64,000 nucleotides of DNA from Chrysomallon squamiferum (Eukaryota; Animalia; Mollusca), in NCBI GenBank assembly GCA_012295275.1, contig CM022673.1, positions 27,590,001-27,654,000 of the forward strand, written 5' to 3'. Position numbers and translations under genes: made by a program. The notes under the pieces are model-generated. The model saw nothing but the letters and a program-made list of their open reading frames with translations, did no database searches and was not told where the DNA came from. The stretch's first letter is position 1; every line of letters begins with the position of its first letter. This document shows, piece by piece, positions 15,702 to 30,829 of this stretch.

Positions 15702-17094
15702 TTTTCTTAATGCTAGCACTCATTTAAAACAGACCTGTGGAGATATGAAAATAATGGTCTAAATATATTCTGCATTCTTTCAGTAATATTTCTTTTCCTG
15801 ACGTCCAGTCACAACTAATAACAAAACACGACAACAGGATAAAATGGCATCGCACTTAAATGGGTGACGGCTACAAAACATAGAGTTAACCCGAAATTGT
15901 ATTTTGTATATCGTTAAATATATATATATATATATATTTAGTGGGTTTTTTTTTAACCATTTGACATCAGCTGAGGTTGTTTAAGCATCTGGACCGTGAC
16001 TGAGCGAGACTGCTGGATAAAGAACTCTTCTTGGACGTCTGATCTTGCAGACTTGAGATGAATTCATCACGTCAAACAAGTGTTTCAGTAATAGACGTTA
16101 ACCGCGTCCCACGATCTGAAAGTGTCGCGAAGAAAACTAGTTAATAATGACTGAAAAATGGGACACCAGAGATCACAAAAAGCTGCGGAATGATGGCGAC
16201 GCCTTGTCTAAGTACTCCAATGAAAAAAAGATTGAGGCGGATGTAAAAATAACCGCGGCTCAATCAATGTCGATGATGTCAAATTAGAGTCTTTCTAAAA
16301 GAAAGCTGAATATTGAACTTCGCAGTACAGTGACAATTGCTCTAGTTAATCGAAGGCTGTATGTGTCTATGAAGGTGAATAATAATAATAATAATAATAA
16401 AAAATGTTTCTCCTTTTGGATTAACAAAAATGATTAGTTATCTAGAAAGAAGTTATGAAAAAGGGGAGAACAGAATATAATTTAAAAATAGAATTAATGA
16501 AGGTTACAAGAGACAGAAAAATGTAAAATAATAAAATAAATAAAAAAATTAAATAAACAAATAAATGTATGAATGAATGAATGAATAATACAAAAAAAAT
16601 GAGATAAAGAGATTACCACAAATGTTATTACAGAACACTGAATAATTTTTTTTTTAAATTTAACACAATACGAATACAAAACCGTATGGAGACTACATCA
16701 TAAACTCTAAAATACCAATAACTAACCACTGAATAACTGTAGCTGTTACGAACTCTTTATAAGAATTTATGCTATCCATTAGTTATAATTACAAAATGTA
16801 AAGTCCATATTAGTCATGTATTATTTTTTTTTCTTCTGCGAGGCGATATGGTGCATTTTTCTGTTTTTGCTGTTTGAATTCTTATTTAAGTTCTTATACA
16901 ACAAACCTTTAATGGACAAAAACAGATCCAATCCACGATTACGTTCGACCAATCCAGATTTCTTCGTTATTTCGAAAGAGCTTTTTTTATTATCAAATAA
17001 CGATAATGTTCGAGGATTGTCGTGTGCATCCTGTGAACAAATCATTGTTAATTATGTAAATGCTTTGACCTGTGTGTATAAAATGAGCAGGATC

Positions 17095-17225
17095 TAGCGA
17101 GAAGAGGTTGCAGGATCGAATCTTGGTGGGCGCCTCATTGCGGGTATTTTCTGTTCTAGCCGGTCCTTCTCCATTGGTTTGCGATTATCTGTATGTGGCA
17201 AAGTACTTTTAACCCTTGTTAAATG
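17095..17225 (+). mobile_element. Possible SINE 5' remnant
   Basis: B-box-like GCAGGATCGAATCTTGGTGG followed by a weak match to the SINE core (TCTGTATGTGGCAAAGTAC). Confidence 0.3.
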
Positions 17226-18378
17226 TTTAATAGTCAGTATCTTATTAGTAGAACTTATATAAGTATCAGGGAAAGTTGAATGAATCGTAATTGGCAAAGT
17301 GTGATAATATTGAGACAGATCATTAAAATAAAACAAATTTACGTTTAGAATATACGAACACAATAAACTGCTTGTTACGTTGTATGTTATGCTTTAATGA
17401 ATGAGCTAATATTTGGTCATCGATAAATTAATATTAACTGTTATTAAGTGTATTGCACCATGGTCACGTGCATGGGTTACTCTCATTTACCCCAGTTAAA
17501 TGTCCTTATTGCAATTCCTATTGACAGTAATGCACTTTTGTGCACCATAGCGTTTCATAAATAGCGTTTCATCAAAGGGAATTTGTAATGGAATGAGAAA
17601 TAACTAATTTGGAGAATTAAGAACAAATTAATGAGTTAAGCAACATTTTAATTTTAAATATATATATATATACATACAATAAATGATACAGAAATAGCAT
17701 CATCTTTAATTTACTTTTGAAACTTAACAACGTTTCTTCAACGTGCGCGGTTTCCACTCGATCATTAAAGGCCATGAATTAAAATAAAATAATGGAGTAT
17801 CGATCGTCTATTAATAACGTAATCGCCGCATGTTCTTTTTTATATAAACACCATTGCGTGAGTGCTCAAATTATTTTAATGCGTTCTCATCCTGCGTATT
17901 TGCGTCGACCACGAAATCACGAACGACCGCTGATCTCCTGGTTTAAAACGACGAACCACGAACAGGCAACAGAGAGAGTTCACTGATCACGTCATCGCCG
18001 GCTGAACCAATCTGTCCTGGGAAAAGTTGCTTAGCAAATCTGAAAGCTTGTAAAATGAGTTAAAACACCGCGACTTCTTTCTCAGCGAAGACGACGACGT
18101 TCAGTTTAATTCTTGTCGAATGGTTATTTCGCTGTTGCCGAGATCTGTGAGAAATTATTTTTTTTGTTTGGAATTCCAGCGGCAGAGTAATTCACAGAAG
18201 ACAAAAAGTGGACGAAACATCTTGTTTTTTTGTTCTGATTTTTTTTCTTCTCTCGTTTATATATAAAACAAAATTGTTTGTGACTTGAATTGTTGAAGAG
18301 TTTTGGTTAATCATAGTAAAGGAAGCTATGGACTAGCAATTCGCTAATTTTGTTCTAACATTTTAAACGAAGTAAAGA

Positions 18379-18414
18379 ATGAGTTACTATAGCAGTCTTC
18401 GACAAACGGATGGA
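18379..18414 (+). CDS. Candidate first coding exon of the GPCR (MSYYSSLRQTDG)
   Basis: ATG at 18379 reads 12 codons to GGA|GTAAGT, a strong phase-0 donor matching the phase-0 acceptor at 27044. It lies at the end of a CpG-rich, promoter-like stretch (about 17880-18200) with a CCAAT box and a CRE half-site. It encodes no signal peptide and is unverified. Confidence 0.35.
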
Positions 18415-18949
18415 GTAAGTAAACTTTTTTTTTTTATATATTCACATTGTTTACGGTATACTTCACATTTACTGAACTCCAGAAAGCAGACAATGTTTTA
18501 AACCAATGCTAAATTTATTTATAATTTAGTTTATTTATCAATGAAAAAACCCGAGAACAACAAAGATCTAATGGCTTAGTTCAATAACGAAACAGAAAGG
18601 TGGATATTCAATGAAAGTTTACTTGACACAAACCAAGCGTGACCGACTGCACAGTTTAGCGCGACAGAAGCCAGCAAATTGGCAGAAAAAATCAGTGGTT
18701 TGGTATTTAATTGAATCAGGCTTTACTAATGACTACGTTTGATTCAAAGACGGCACGTGTATGTACGCACGTATGAGCGACGCGAGACGAGCGTGTATGA
18801 CGGGCGGTTAAACTGATTATTCGCCGGTAATGCGATTCTCGTCGTTTCAAACTGACTTAGCACGGGGACAGATCGATTTACTCCTGCACCTGATTCACTT
18901 ATCTTCGTATCATCTTAAATCAGATTGTATGATACTGATTTATCCGGTA

Positions 18950-19340
18950 CCAGATTGACTTATCACCATATCAGATCGACTTATCACCATATCAGATCGA
19001 CTTATCACCGTATCAGATCGACTTATCACCGTATCAGAATGACTTATCACCATATCAGGTTGACTTATCACCGTATAATATTGACTCATACAAATGTATC
19101 CTGTATCACATTATCTTATAATCGAATCACATTGTATCCAATACTAATTTGACTTACGACCGTATCAGATTGTATCAAATTAACTTATACAGCATGTTTG
19201 TTTAAAATCATAACAGACTGCGTTGTCGTTGTATCAGACTGATGTATCGTCGTAACAGACTGCGTTGTCGTTGTATCAGACTGATGTATCGTCGTAACAG
19301 ACTGCGTTGTCGTTGTATCAAACTGATGTATCATTGTATC
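18950..19340. repeat. 21-bp minisatellite followed by a 42-bp minisatellite
   Basis: About 6 x CAGATCGACTTATCACC(A/G)TAT at 18951-19080, then about 3 x TAACAGACTGCGTTGTCGTTGTATCAGACTGATGTATCGTCG from 19211. Confidence 0.85.
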
Positions 19341-19809
19341 TGCGGGATCCATTAAACAGTTTCGTTTTGAATCGTTGTTTATAGTGATGTGTCATCTGTA
19401 TTGCAGTTACTTCAGACAGTCAGACAGACAGACAGAAAATGGTTCAAAGAAAAAGATACAGATTAGAAGAACATGGATTATTTTTCATTCAGTTGTTTAT
19501 ACTATTACATCCAGTACCACGAATACTAATTCTATTATTACCAGTACTCATAGCTATTAATGCTATTTCGAATAAACATTCTACTATTACTATTGATTCT
19601 ATCTATAACTATTACTTCGGTTTCAATATTACTACTACTATTACCGCTTCTTCTTCGATTTCTTGTACTACATCTACTTCACATTTACTTCACTACTACA
19701 GTCGTTACTGTTAATCTGCTATTATCACCGCCACTAGTACCACATCTGTTTCACTACAGTAGTGTTATTACTACTGTTATTACTAGTATTACTAGAAGTA
19801 TGATTACTA

Positions 19810-20597
19810 CAATGGTACCTCGACTTACGAGTACCCCAACTTACGAGTTTTCCGAGTTACGAGCAGTCGCCCTATTGCTTTTTTATTTGAGTTGCGAGCA
19901 AAAATCCGAATTACGAGCGAGTTTCAGACACGCAGCCGCTAGTTGACGCAACGAACAACAGAACATCCGCCCAGCATCCCGCATGTTACTCGTTTACATC
20001 ACGTGTTTACAACGCCGGTGAAACATCTCTGTTGTGTTGTGCTCGCGTTTTGTGGAGTATTTTGCCAAACTTCCATGGATCCTAAGAAAGTGAGTGCAAA
20101 GGACAGTGCTGAGAAGAAGAAGCGGATGATGTTCATTGAATTAAAGCTTGAAATCATAGAAAAACATGAGCGAGGTGTGCATGTAATCGACTTGGCTAGG
20201 ATTTAACTTTTACGATATGTACCATACTGAAGCAGAAGGAGTCGATAAAAGCTATAACTCCAGCCAAAGGCTATAAAATAATTTCTAAGCTGCCGAACTC
20301 TGTCCATGAAAAGATGGAGAAACCCTAACCCTGTAAACTTTACAAAACTAATTTATTTCTTTACATTCTCTTTTATTTTGTTTTTATACAATATTTTTCA
20401 TTTATAAACACATTTTTTTTTTCTTGTTTAAAAACACGTTACAAAAAAATAGGGGTGATTTTTTTTATAGGGGAGGCTGGAACGGATTAACGGTTATACA
20501 ATTAATTTCAGTTCGGAAAACTGATTTGATAGACGAGCAAATTGAGTTAAAAACTCGGTCACGGAACGAATTAACCTCGTAAGACGAGGTACCACTG
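19810..20597 (+). mobile_element. Internally deleted pogo/Tigger (Tc1/mariner superfamily) DNA transposon
   Basis: Left TIR CAATGGTACCTCGACTTACGAG and reverse-complemented right TIR CAGTGGTACCTCGTCTTACGAG match 20/22, with TA on both flanks. A broken transposase N-terminus runs from ATG 20075 (MDPKKVSAKDSAEKKKRMMFIELKLEIIEKHERGVHVIDLAR, then TICTILKQKESIKAITPAKG after a frameshift), typical of the CENP-B-type HTH. No DDE domain. Confidence 0.88.
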
Positions 20598-22067
20598 TAC
20601 TTGTAATATTCTATAAGCACAAAATATATTAGCAAGCAATTTACGATCAAACTGACGGCAGAAATATTAATATTAATGACCAACAGTTATTCCAAGTCCA
20701 TGTTGCTGTCTTCTCGCAAGCGACCCTGTTTTGGACAAATGATTGTTGTCAAAGAAAAAAGAATTTCTTTGAAGGACATACCAAAAATATGTTTCCATGT
20801 ATAATTCAAAATCTGTCACAAAGCTTTCCGGAATGCCGAATAGGTTAACGGAAGCGATGTCACTATTGTGACAGTATGGATTCCATGGTAACAGAAAACA
20901 ACATGACGTCTGTGTTTTTTTTTTACCAAAGCAGTCATTTATTTATTTATTTATTTTATTTTATTTTTTTTATGAATATTCATCTATTACTAAATAGAAA
21001 ACTGTGATAACGTAATGACCTCTGGTAAACAGTGTTGATTTTTTTTTTTTTTTTTAATGTTTTATTATTTCTGTACAGTTTCATGAATTATGGCGTCTTT
21101 TTCCTTCTTTTTTTCTTGCCTTCATTCCTTACGTAATGTTTTGAACGTTGTCGTAATAAAGCAAAGGTGACATAAATAAGGCCTGAGAAATATTTTTATT
21201 GCCGATTTTTTAAATTTTTTACTTTCAGTATTAAATTTTTTACTGTAGCTTACAGAGAATATTGGATATTTTTCTTACGTTATAAAATATGTGTAAAGTG
21301 TATCTAGTGCAATCCATTGAAAACAATATTAACAAAGATTCACGGATATTGTATAAGCAGAATTTAATATTTTTTTAAAATCATTTTAAGGCTTTCATTT
21401 TCGGTTTTAAATAATGGTGAGTGTACTTTTTCTCCTTTTATTAAATTTTCAATTACCTTTCGGAGTGAAAAAGTTATAACGTTATAACGTTATATTAAAG
21501 ACAAAATCTGATGAATATATGTAGAGAGTTTATTGGCAATATATTGGCAAAGGGTTTAAAATTAGAGTCTTCTCATGAATTCTTTGGTAACTTTACAGAA
21601 ACTACATGTTTTATCTTCATTATTCCACCCTAGACAATCCTAGATAAGTTCTCAGTTTTCCTAGTAAAAACATAAACAACATAAATATTCTCTGAGGCTG
21701 GTAACAAAGTGACTGAAAGAGGTGATCATCACTTAACTTGTAACAGTGTGCACTTAGAGAAAACAAAATCAGTTATTAATGATTTATAGCTGTGAGGATT
21801 GCATCGCAGATCTATTTTATTTAACACATAATTTATACATACATACATACATACATACATACATACCTGCATACATACATACATACCTACATACCTACCT
21901 ACCTACATACATACATACATACATACATACATACATACATACATACATACATACATACCTACATACATATATACACACATACATATATATATAGATTTAG
22001 TCATCTGTGTTCACCGACTTGGATATTTCGCTTTGAATCACAACTGATTTCTAAAATTATTTACTTT

Positions 22068-22145
22068 CCTGTCTATGGGAAGGCGTATATAAGATACTCT
22101 TGCTGCTAATCGGTAGGAATAGGCCATGGCGTTATAACAGCGTGT
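22068..22145 (+). mobile_element. SINE core remnant
   Basis: CCTGTCTATGGGAAGGCGTATATAAGATACTCTTGCTGCTAATCGGTAGGAATAGGCCATG is homologous to the 5190 and 5380 copies. Confidence 0.5.
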
Positions 22146-22757
22146 TTTTAGTTTCATAACTCTCGTTACAGGACGTATAAAAACAAATAAATTGCATCTG
22201 GCATCCAGTAAGCGTTTTCTGTTACAACATGTTCTACGAACTCGTTAAATAAATAGTGATTAAAATTTGCAATACCGTTGTGTCTCCAGGTATATAATTA
22301 TGTATGATATAGGCTTCAGCAAATATAGTTTCTCAACAGTACTGACAGATGTACAATAACAAAGACAACAACAGCTACTACTACGATCACTACTACTACT
22401 AACAATAGTAATGATTATGATGAATATAATGATGAAGATGAAGAAGATGATGATGATAATAGAATTTTTGCAAAATCAAGGATAAAAAAAACATAAATTC
22501 CTGCTTAATAAAGGAATTCATTGCAGTATGTAGATCTTAATTCATTCTGTATTAAATCAAGATAATCCTTCGTTAAAACCCTGGTCTGTCTATCGAAATC
22601 GGAAACAATTAATTGCTTTAAAAATAAGCTGCAGATAATAAACCTGTTACGATCAATGATTCTTTGGGATGTTAAGCAAAGAAACAATAAATTAGAATTC
22701 TGTATCTGAATCTTCATCTTTCTTTTAATATAATTACACATTGATCTTGTACGCAAT

Positions 22758-22788
<31 letters not shown>

Positions 22789-23174
22789 CAATACTATTTT
22801 ATTCGTAATTTAAAATCAAATTAACGGTTTCTTTGATAATTTTCGTTCTTTCTTTCCTTCTTACATATTTTTTCTTCCCTTTTCTTTCTTTCTCTTTTTT
22901 GTTTCTTCTTTCCTTTTATTGGTTTGCATTTTTGTTCATCCATTTTTACTTTATAAATATAAGATTATTTGGACGTTTTTTATTTAGATATTGATTTTAT
23001 TGTAATCTTTTATCATGTGGCCATAATACGTGAATCTTAAAATGTACTGTTCAGATTATGTAAACAAAATTTCATAAAAAAAACAACAAAAAAACATTAA
23101 AAATACCCTTAAACATGGTATTTAATTCTCGATAGTCAATGTTTTCTAACAATATTTTATTATTATTATTATTA

Positions 23175-23238
<64 letters not shown>

Positions 23239-24458
23239 GTTATTATTTTAGAGACAAATCTAGCCAAACATGGACTACTATTACCGAATAGGTTTTTGGT
23301 TTTGATGCGCCAGTAAATTGTGCACTTGTTGGAACGGGAAATAGCCTTTAAAAAATGGCATCAGCGATCTTGATCCTGTGACTGACGTCTTATCAACGCT
23401 TTTTCTAGTTACGGAAAAAAATGTATTACTTGCAACCTGAATACATTTTCACAATAATCAGAACTTACGTCGTGTTACAAACCCTGTTCTTGCAAACTGT
23501 ATGCATGTTTAGCCAACTCTGTGTTTGACAAGCCCCGACAGATCTGTTGTGTTAACTGAAGTCTGTTGACACGAGAAAGCAATTCAATAATATGTGTAGT
23601 TGAACCTGAAGGAAAAAAAAAAAGAAAATAAATGAAATAAAAAAAATTGTATCGATCTCTTCATGTAAAAAAGCATGTCATCGTCTTCAAGACTTTTGCG
23701 TTTTCAACAGAAGAAGACGTTTTTGGCTGAACCGAGGTTAGAAGATTAATTTTCATGAAAGCTGGCGGTTCACAATGTATACTTTTTTTTCCCTTCTAGC
23801 ATCTTGTTTATTTGAACTGTCGTTGCACGTTTACTGAAGTCTCGTGGTTAGTGTAGTAATATTAATCATTGTTGTTATGATTTTCTTTGTCCTATTTGAT
23901 AGTTTACGGCGATAAATGTATGAATTCACACACACACACACACGCACACTCACGCACACGCACGCCCATCCACGCACATACACACATTATATAATGATAT
24001 AAATGCAACAGACTAGACTCGAATCATGCGACATCTAAACACGAATATGTATAGCTCAGGACTGGTGCGACTATCACAACTTTTTGTATGTTACAGGATG
24101 AATATAAAAAAAAATGTGTTCTCACTAACGGCTATTTCAGCTACATTTATCAATGGCCTAATGCATTGTTCCAAAACTACTTAATGCTATGTAACGTCTC
24201 AAAAATGTAATACACTAAAGAACAGCATTACAGGAAGTTTCGTATATATATATATATATATATATACATATATATATACATACATACATACATACATACA
24301 TACATACATACATACATACATTTTCGAAACAACAGAATTCTAATCTGCAAAGTCATTTTATCAAACAACTACAACTACAAATGCTGCTATTGTGTTACTA
24401 TTGCCGTTATTATTACTATGTTACTATTACTGCTATGTTACTATTACTACTACTAATT

Positions 24459-24496
<38 letters not shown>

Positions 24497-24601
24497 GCTA
24501 CATCCACATACTACGGAAAAATATAAAATAAAGACTGTACAGATATCAAGAGAGAGAGAGAGAGAGAGGGAGAGAGCCATCATATATATAATACACACAC
24601 A

Positions 24602-24637
<36 letters not shown>

Positions 24638-25224
24638 AAATTATATAAATTATGAACATAACAATAACTAAATAAACAACAAAACAACAACAACAGACGA
24701 ATTTCAAGTGAACATATATATGTCGACTGCTTCAACAGAAAAGTATCATAACCGAACAAACCACACAGCAGTAAAGCACAACTCAGAGAAATTAGTTTTA
24801 TTGCCTCAGGCAACACGAAGCCTACCACTTTTCTGCAAATAATTATATCACATTTAATTCATATTTTAAAGAAAATATTAATCAATAAACCATTTCGTAA
24901 TATTCCAAAAAAAAAAAAAAAATAATAAAAAAGTATAAAATATAAGGAAACATTTCTTTTAAAAGTAATTACGTGGGCCACGTAATAACTGTTAGGGGTG
25001 AAAATTCCATTTGCAGATGATTGTTGGAGAAGCTGACTGATGGTGTAAAATTAATAGATAACGTAGTTGAGACGTTTGTGTAAGAAACTTGAGTTGGTGT
25101 AACAGGGAACCGAAATTATTAACCACGATTGTAAATTGGTTGTCTGCTTCGAGTAAAAAAGTTTGTTCAATTAAATTGATGTTTCGATTGCTGGTGGCGG
25201 TTAAAGTTAGAGAATGTTGGATTC

Positions 25225-25255
<31 letters not shown>

Positions 25256-25619
25256 TTCTTTTCTTTTCTTTTCTTTTCTTTTCTTCTGTTTTTTGTTTTA
25301 AAGAAATTCAGTGGAAATTGAATCTTTTCTAATGCTTATGGAGTGGTGTTTATTGGAATGGAAACTGTTGTGATATAAAATAAACTGGTCAAGAGTCTTA
25401 GCTTAGTGTTATTGTGTCGAAGACAAAAGTCTGAATTCAATAAGAAATTAATTACATTTTTACGGCCGGAAAATATTGGAAAAAAAAAAAAAAAAAAGAA
25501 AAAAAAAGATGATGTTAAATACTGGAAAGTAATTTAAATATTAGGTGATGGAAAATACGGGATAATCCAGTGAAATTGTGAAGATGGAAACAACCTGACA
25601 GTTCACTGAAAATTTAAAG

Positions 25620-25650
<31 letters not shown>

Positions 25651-27043
25651 AATCCATTAAAAAAAAATGAAAATGAAATATGTCGGAGAGTCCAGTGAAA
25701 ATTAGGTGAAAGAAAAATATTGAAAAAGTCTAATGAAACAGATTCATGATCATTTTCATTCTAGGTAAATATTAGGTCATTTGCTGTAAATATATTCTTT
25801 CGTGAATATTTTTATGAAAGAAAATGTATTAAACGTTAATTTTTTTATTCTAGTTTAGGATTATTCTTGATGATGGGTAAATACTGGAATTTTCATTAAG
25901 ACACAGAATGATAGAAAAAAACAACTGAGTAATTTAGTAAAAATACGTTTATAGTTATTTAACAATTCGAAAATACTGTCCGTTCCTGGTTGTATCATCA
26001 TCATCATCATCATCATCTTCATGCTGACTGTAAAAGCTTCAAAAACGTATCTTCACTTTTCATCAACTCACAAATTTTGGTATTTTTCGCAGAAAACACA
26101 ATCTTTGAATTTCTCATAATAGCTTTTCTCCTAATCCAGCGATCATCAAACTTCCGCTCCGTGACGTCACTGACATGTATATCTTTAAAAAAAAAAAAAA
26201 AAAATAAGGTGCTGAGTGCAACTCTTTAACGGAATCTCAGGAAGGTTTTGCAACAATGACAAGTGTTACTGACAAGTGCAGGAGTGAAAAAGACGAGAGG
26301 TTAATAACATCCACTTGAAGTGAAAGCCAAACTCGATGATGACATTTTTCTCTGAAATTTCTTTTTCTCAAGTGTTGTTTCATGGTGATTGAGATGTGCA
26401 TGAAATTTCTTTATAAGGATTTATATTAGCAATGTTCTGTCAGATAGTTTCATATGAATTAAATATTTAAAAAAAAAATAAAAATAAAAAATAAAAAAGA
26501 TGGTACGCGTATGAACTGCAAACTTTAATTTGTTTCCAAGAACTGAACTTTTTTTTTTTGTTTTTAAATTTTACATTTTATGAATTTTATAAGTTTTTAT
26601 TTTATTATGTATATTGATTTTAAACGTTTTTGTTTCACGTTTATGTGATCTGTAAAATTCTGTTTCTCTTTTTTTTATTACGATTTTATTAAATGTATAT
26701 TTTTATTTTATGTCTGTAATATCTGTAAATTTTATTTCGTGAAATATTTATTGTCTTCTTATGAACTCTCAGTTTATATATTACATATGTATGAACTGTA
26801 TATTTTTTTATTTTACGTTTTAATCAACAGGCTATTTTTTTTTTTTTTATTTTTTTTTTAAACTGTATGAACTGTAAAATTTTGTTTTGAATCTTTATGA
26901 ACTATAAGTTATTATTCTATAAATAAAATGAATTTAGTGATTTTCAGGAGGACGATAGCAAAGGAAATTTGAATACAGAACAGAAAACAAAATAAAACGA
27001 AACACGTAACTTATTTTGTTTGTCTTCTTTGAATGTTTTTCAG

Positions 27044-28199
27044 ATCGTTGAAATCAGGAACCAAACCGATCAGTTACGACTGATATTCCAGGCTCAAGCT
27101 GAATGTTATCTCAAAATGAACAGATCAGGTAACAAATATCTACGTATATCTACATACATACGTACATACGTACATACATACATACATACATACATATATA
27201 CATACATACACACACACAGATACCCTTTCTTAGATACCCTAATCCAAACCCTAATCTAACCCTTACCCTAACTCTCACCCTAACCTAACTCTAACCCTAA
27301 CCCTGAACCTAACCCTACATACATACATACCCTACATACCCTACACTTATATACACATATGTAAGTATGTACAATCATACATACACATACATAAAATATA
27401 CAGAAACACATATACATATATATTTATTTACATATACAGTTATTTTTCCTATACCTAAAGAGTAATAATAATACTTCTCGATGCATTTTTAAAAAAGTAT
27501 GAATATCATTTTATTTCAGTGACGAACAAAAATAAAGTTCCCCATTGCGAAGTGGCCTGGGACAGGATTCTGTGCTGGGACGAGGCGCCACCTGGTGTCA
27601 TGATGTCACAACACTGTCCAGATTACATCAACGGGTTTTATACAGAACGTAAATACCTATATACGTGTTTGTGTTTGCATGTGAGTATGTGCGTGTGTTT
27701 GCGAGCGAGAATGCATGCGTAATCTGTACTTGTTCTGATTTAAATTCCAAATCGATAAAACATTTACTAAAGAACAGAACAGAAGTGTCGATGTTGTGGG
27801 AGTTATATTACGTCAGTGTAGCGAACTGAACTGAACATTTTAAAAATCACGGTTTATATTCAGACGCGGTCTGTCTTTTTGTTTCTTGTTCCAGGGCTTG
27901 CACACAGATACTGCACGGAAAACGGGACGTGGTATTTCAATCCGCTGTATAACTCCACGTGGACAGATTTCTCACAGTGTAATAAACCACCAGATCATCT
28001 TTATAACAAGGTATAATGTCACCACAGGGTATAATGAAAAATAATGTATTTTTATCTGGTGGATAGATCGGTGATGTTATATATAAGTGTTAGTAGGTTG
28101 TTTGTTGGGAAATGATGTTGATAATTTAATCAGTGCAGTAGATGTACACACTTAAAATCACTTCAGATGCATAATATTATTAATGTGATTAGAATGTGC

Positions 28200-28295
<96 letters not shown>

Positions 28296-29094
28296 TATTT
28301 GTGTTTGTATGTGTGTCTCTGTGTATATGTTTGCATTTTGAGATCATCATTTCCTTTCCAGTTAAAACACTACTTCTTGTTTTTATTCCAAACAGGAGAA
28401 AGGTCGCAACCTGAAACTGCTGTTCACTATTGGATACGGAATCTCTCTTGGATCTCTCATCATTGCTGTCTTCATAATGCTCTGCTGCAGGTAAAACATA
28501 CGTTACCAAACATGCAACATCATTTTCACAGTGTCAGTTTGCTGTAGACAAAGGTTATTTTCACACTGAAGCTTTGCTTAACATAAACGTTACTCATAAT
28601 TCATGCATATCATTTTTCAGAATAATAAGCCACTTCAAGAACATCAAGATAAATAAATAAGGGGATGTTTTTTAATACCGAATTTCACAAAGGACTAGAT
28701 GCCGTTACCTACACAGTTTAAATAGCTGCTTTCGAAAGTTTCGTTAATTTATTAAAAACAAAGAAAAATTAAAACAAAGAGATAGATGGATACAAGCAAA
28801 TCATGAAACAATCGCAAAATTTATAAAATTTATAATATTAACGTTTTCATAATGTAGTATAAGACTGCTGTTTATTTTCAGACGACTCAAATCGAAGAGT
28901 AACAGTTTACATATCAATCTGTTTTTTGCCTTCATTCTGCGAGCTTCCTTCTCCTTCATAAAAGGAGCGTTGTTTGTGCAGGACCTGGGACTCAGCATCG
29001 ACATCAAATACAACAGTGACGGCTCCATTACCTTTGATGAGTCAGGATCGGTAACTGCGTTTTTACTGAAACGTTTCAAGTTTTCTGTGTTTGT

Positions 29095-29166
<72 letters not shown>

Positions 29167-29962
29167 GTACAAGGTTAAAAGGATTCAAAGTTTCAATTAT
29201 TAAAAACCATTAAATAAATTTAATCCTGTACTGGTTATTAAAAAGAAGAAAAAATGAAAAAGTACTTTTAGAGTTTAATGGATAATATAACGTGTTTAGA
29301 TGAAGCAATAAATTACGAATATATTGTGAGCATGTATATAATTATTATATATCTATATATATATACGCAGGCATACATGTGTATTCTTAAATACGTAACT
29401 CGGAACACTCAGTCTAATAACTAACTTCTCTCACAGCACGTGCTATGTCGTATGCTAACCACGGTGTTCATGTACACGATATGTGCAAGCCAAACCTGGA
29501 TTTTCATGGAGGGCCTGTATTTGCACAATCTTATTTACCGGACACTGTCCACGGAAAGGCGAGGTGTCCGGATATACATTATAATAGGTTGGCGTAAGTA
29601 AACCTTGCTATTTTAAGTCTCTGTTATTGAAAGGATTCAGTTTGTACGTTTGATTCTAATTTAGTATGTGTTGCAGTAGATTGTATAGAGGCAGAGGCTG
29701 TAAGGTTAGGTTATCAGTGTGCATTTTCTGTTTTCAGTGTAAATGTTTTAAATTTTGTTTTTGAATATTGTGTTAAAAAGTGATTCGTTACTGATTGAAA
29801 TAGAGAAACAGGTGGAAAAAAGAAATATATATATATATAGTCAGACACGCACCAGAAATATCATAAATATATATACACATTCATAAGGCAAATGAAATTT
29901 AATAAATATCGATATCAAAACAAAACGGTGATTTGTTGCACAAATATTATTATATTCATATA

Positions 29963-29998
<36 letters not shown>

Positions 29999-30223
29999 CA
30001 TTTTAATTTTTTTCAGTTTCACCGTTAACATTCCTAATACCTTGGTGTATTGTCAAGGCAACTATTGATAACTACTAGTAAGTGAATCCTTGCCATTTTT
30101 AACAGCATTTCACTTAAACCACATTTAATATTGACACAAATATACTTTGTATTGTATATGTCTTAAAAGCTTAACTGAATCATTCTTCTTATTATTATTC
30201 CTAATATTATAATTATAACTATG

Positions 30224-30297
<74 letters not shown>

Positions 30298-30740
30298 TAT
30301 TATTTCAGTTGTTGGATAACTGGAGGCAATAAAATATATCTTTGGATCTTCCACGGTCCTATACTAGCTACTGTTGTGGTGAGTGTTAGTTTTAACTACA
30401 GTGCTGTATCCATGTACGTGTGTACGTGTATGTAGTACATATGTTTGTATATTTGTATTTATGTATGTTTTATGTATGTATGTATGTGTGTATGTATGTA
30501 TGTATGTATGTATGTATGTATGTATGAATATGACTAAAGTCGATATGTTATTTTAAACACATTACGTTGTACTATTAATATAGCAGTTTCTTCTTTTTTT
30601 TTCTTGCAGATAAATTTTGTATTTTTCCTTGACGTATTAAGAGTGATGTGTAGTCGAATTAGAACAAGCACTAGACATATGGGAAGAACAAAATATAGGT
30701 AGGCAAATGCATCAATAATAATAACAGTAATATCAGTAAG

Positions 30741-30829
<89 letters not shown>

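Noticed and set aside
15960-16330. CpG-richer segment as a hidden exon
   Set aside because: I found no sustained ORF or convincing splice-site pair; it may be regulatory, but the sequence alone does not support a call.
19943-20206. Host CENP-B/TIGD-like gene
   Set aside because: It lies between TIRs with TA duplication, is frameshifted and lacks the catalytic domain, so it is a transposon remnant.
26948-27006. Extra GPCR exon after TTTTCAG at 26947
   Set aside because: Stops occur in all three frames before any usable donor.
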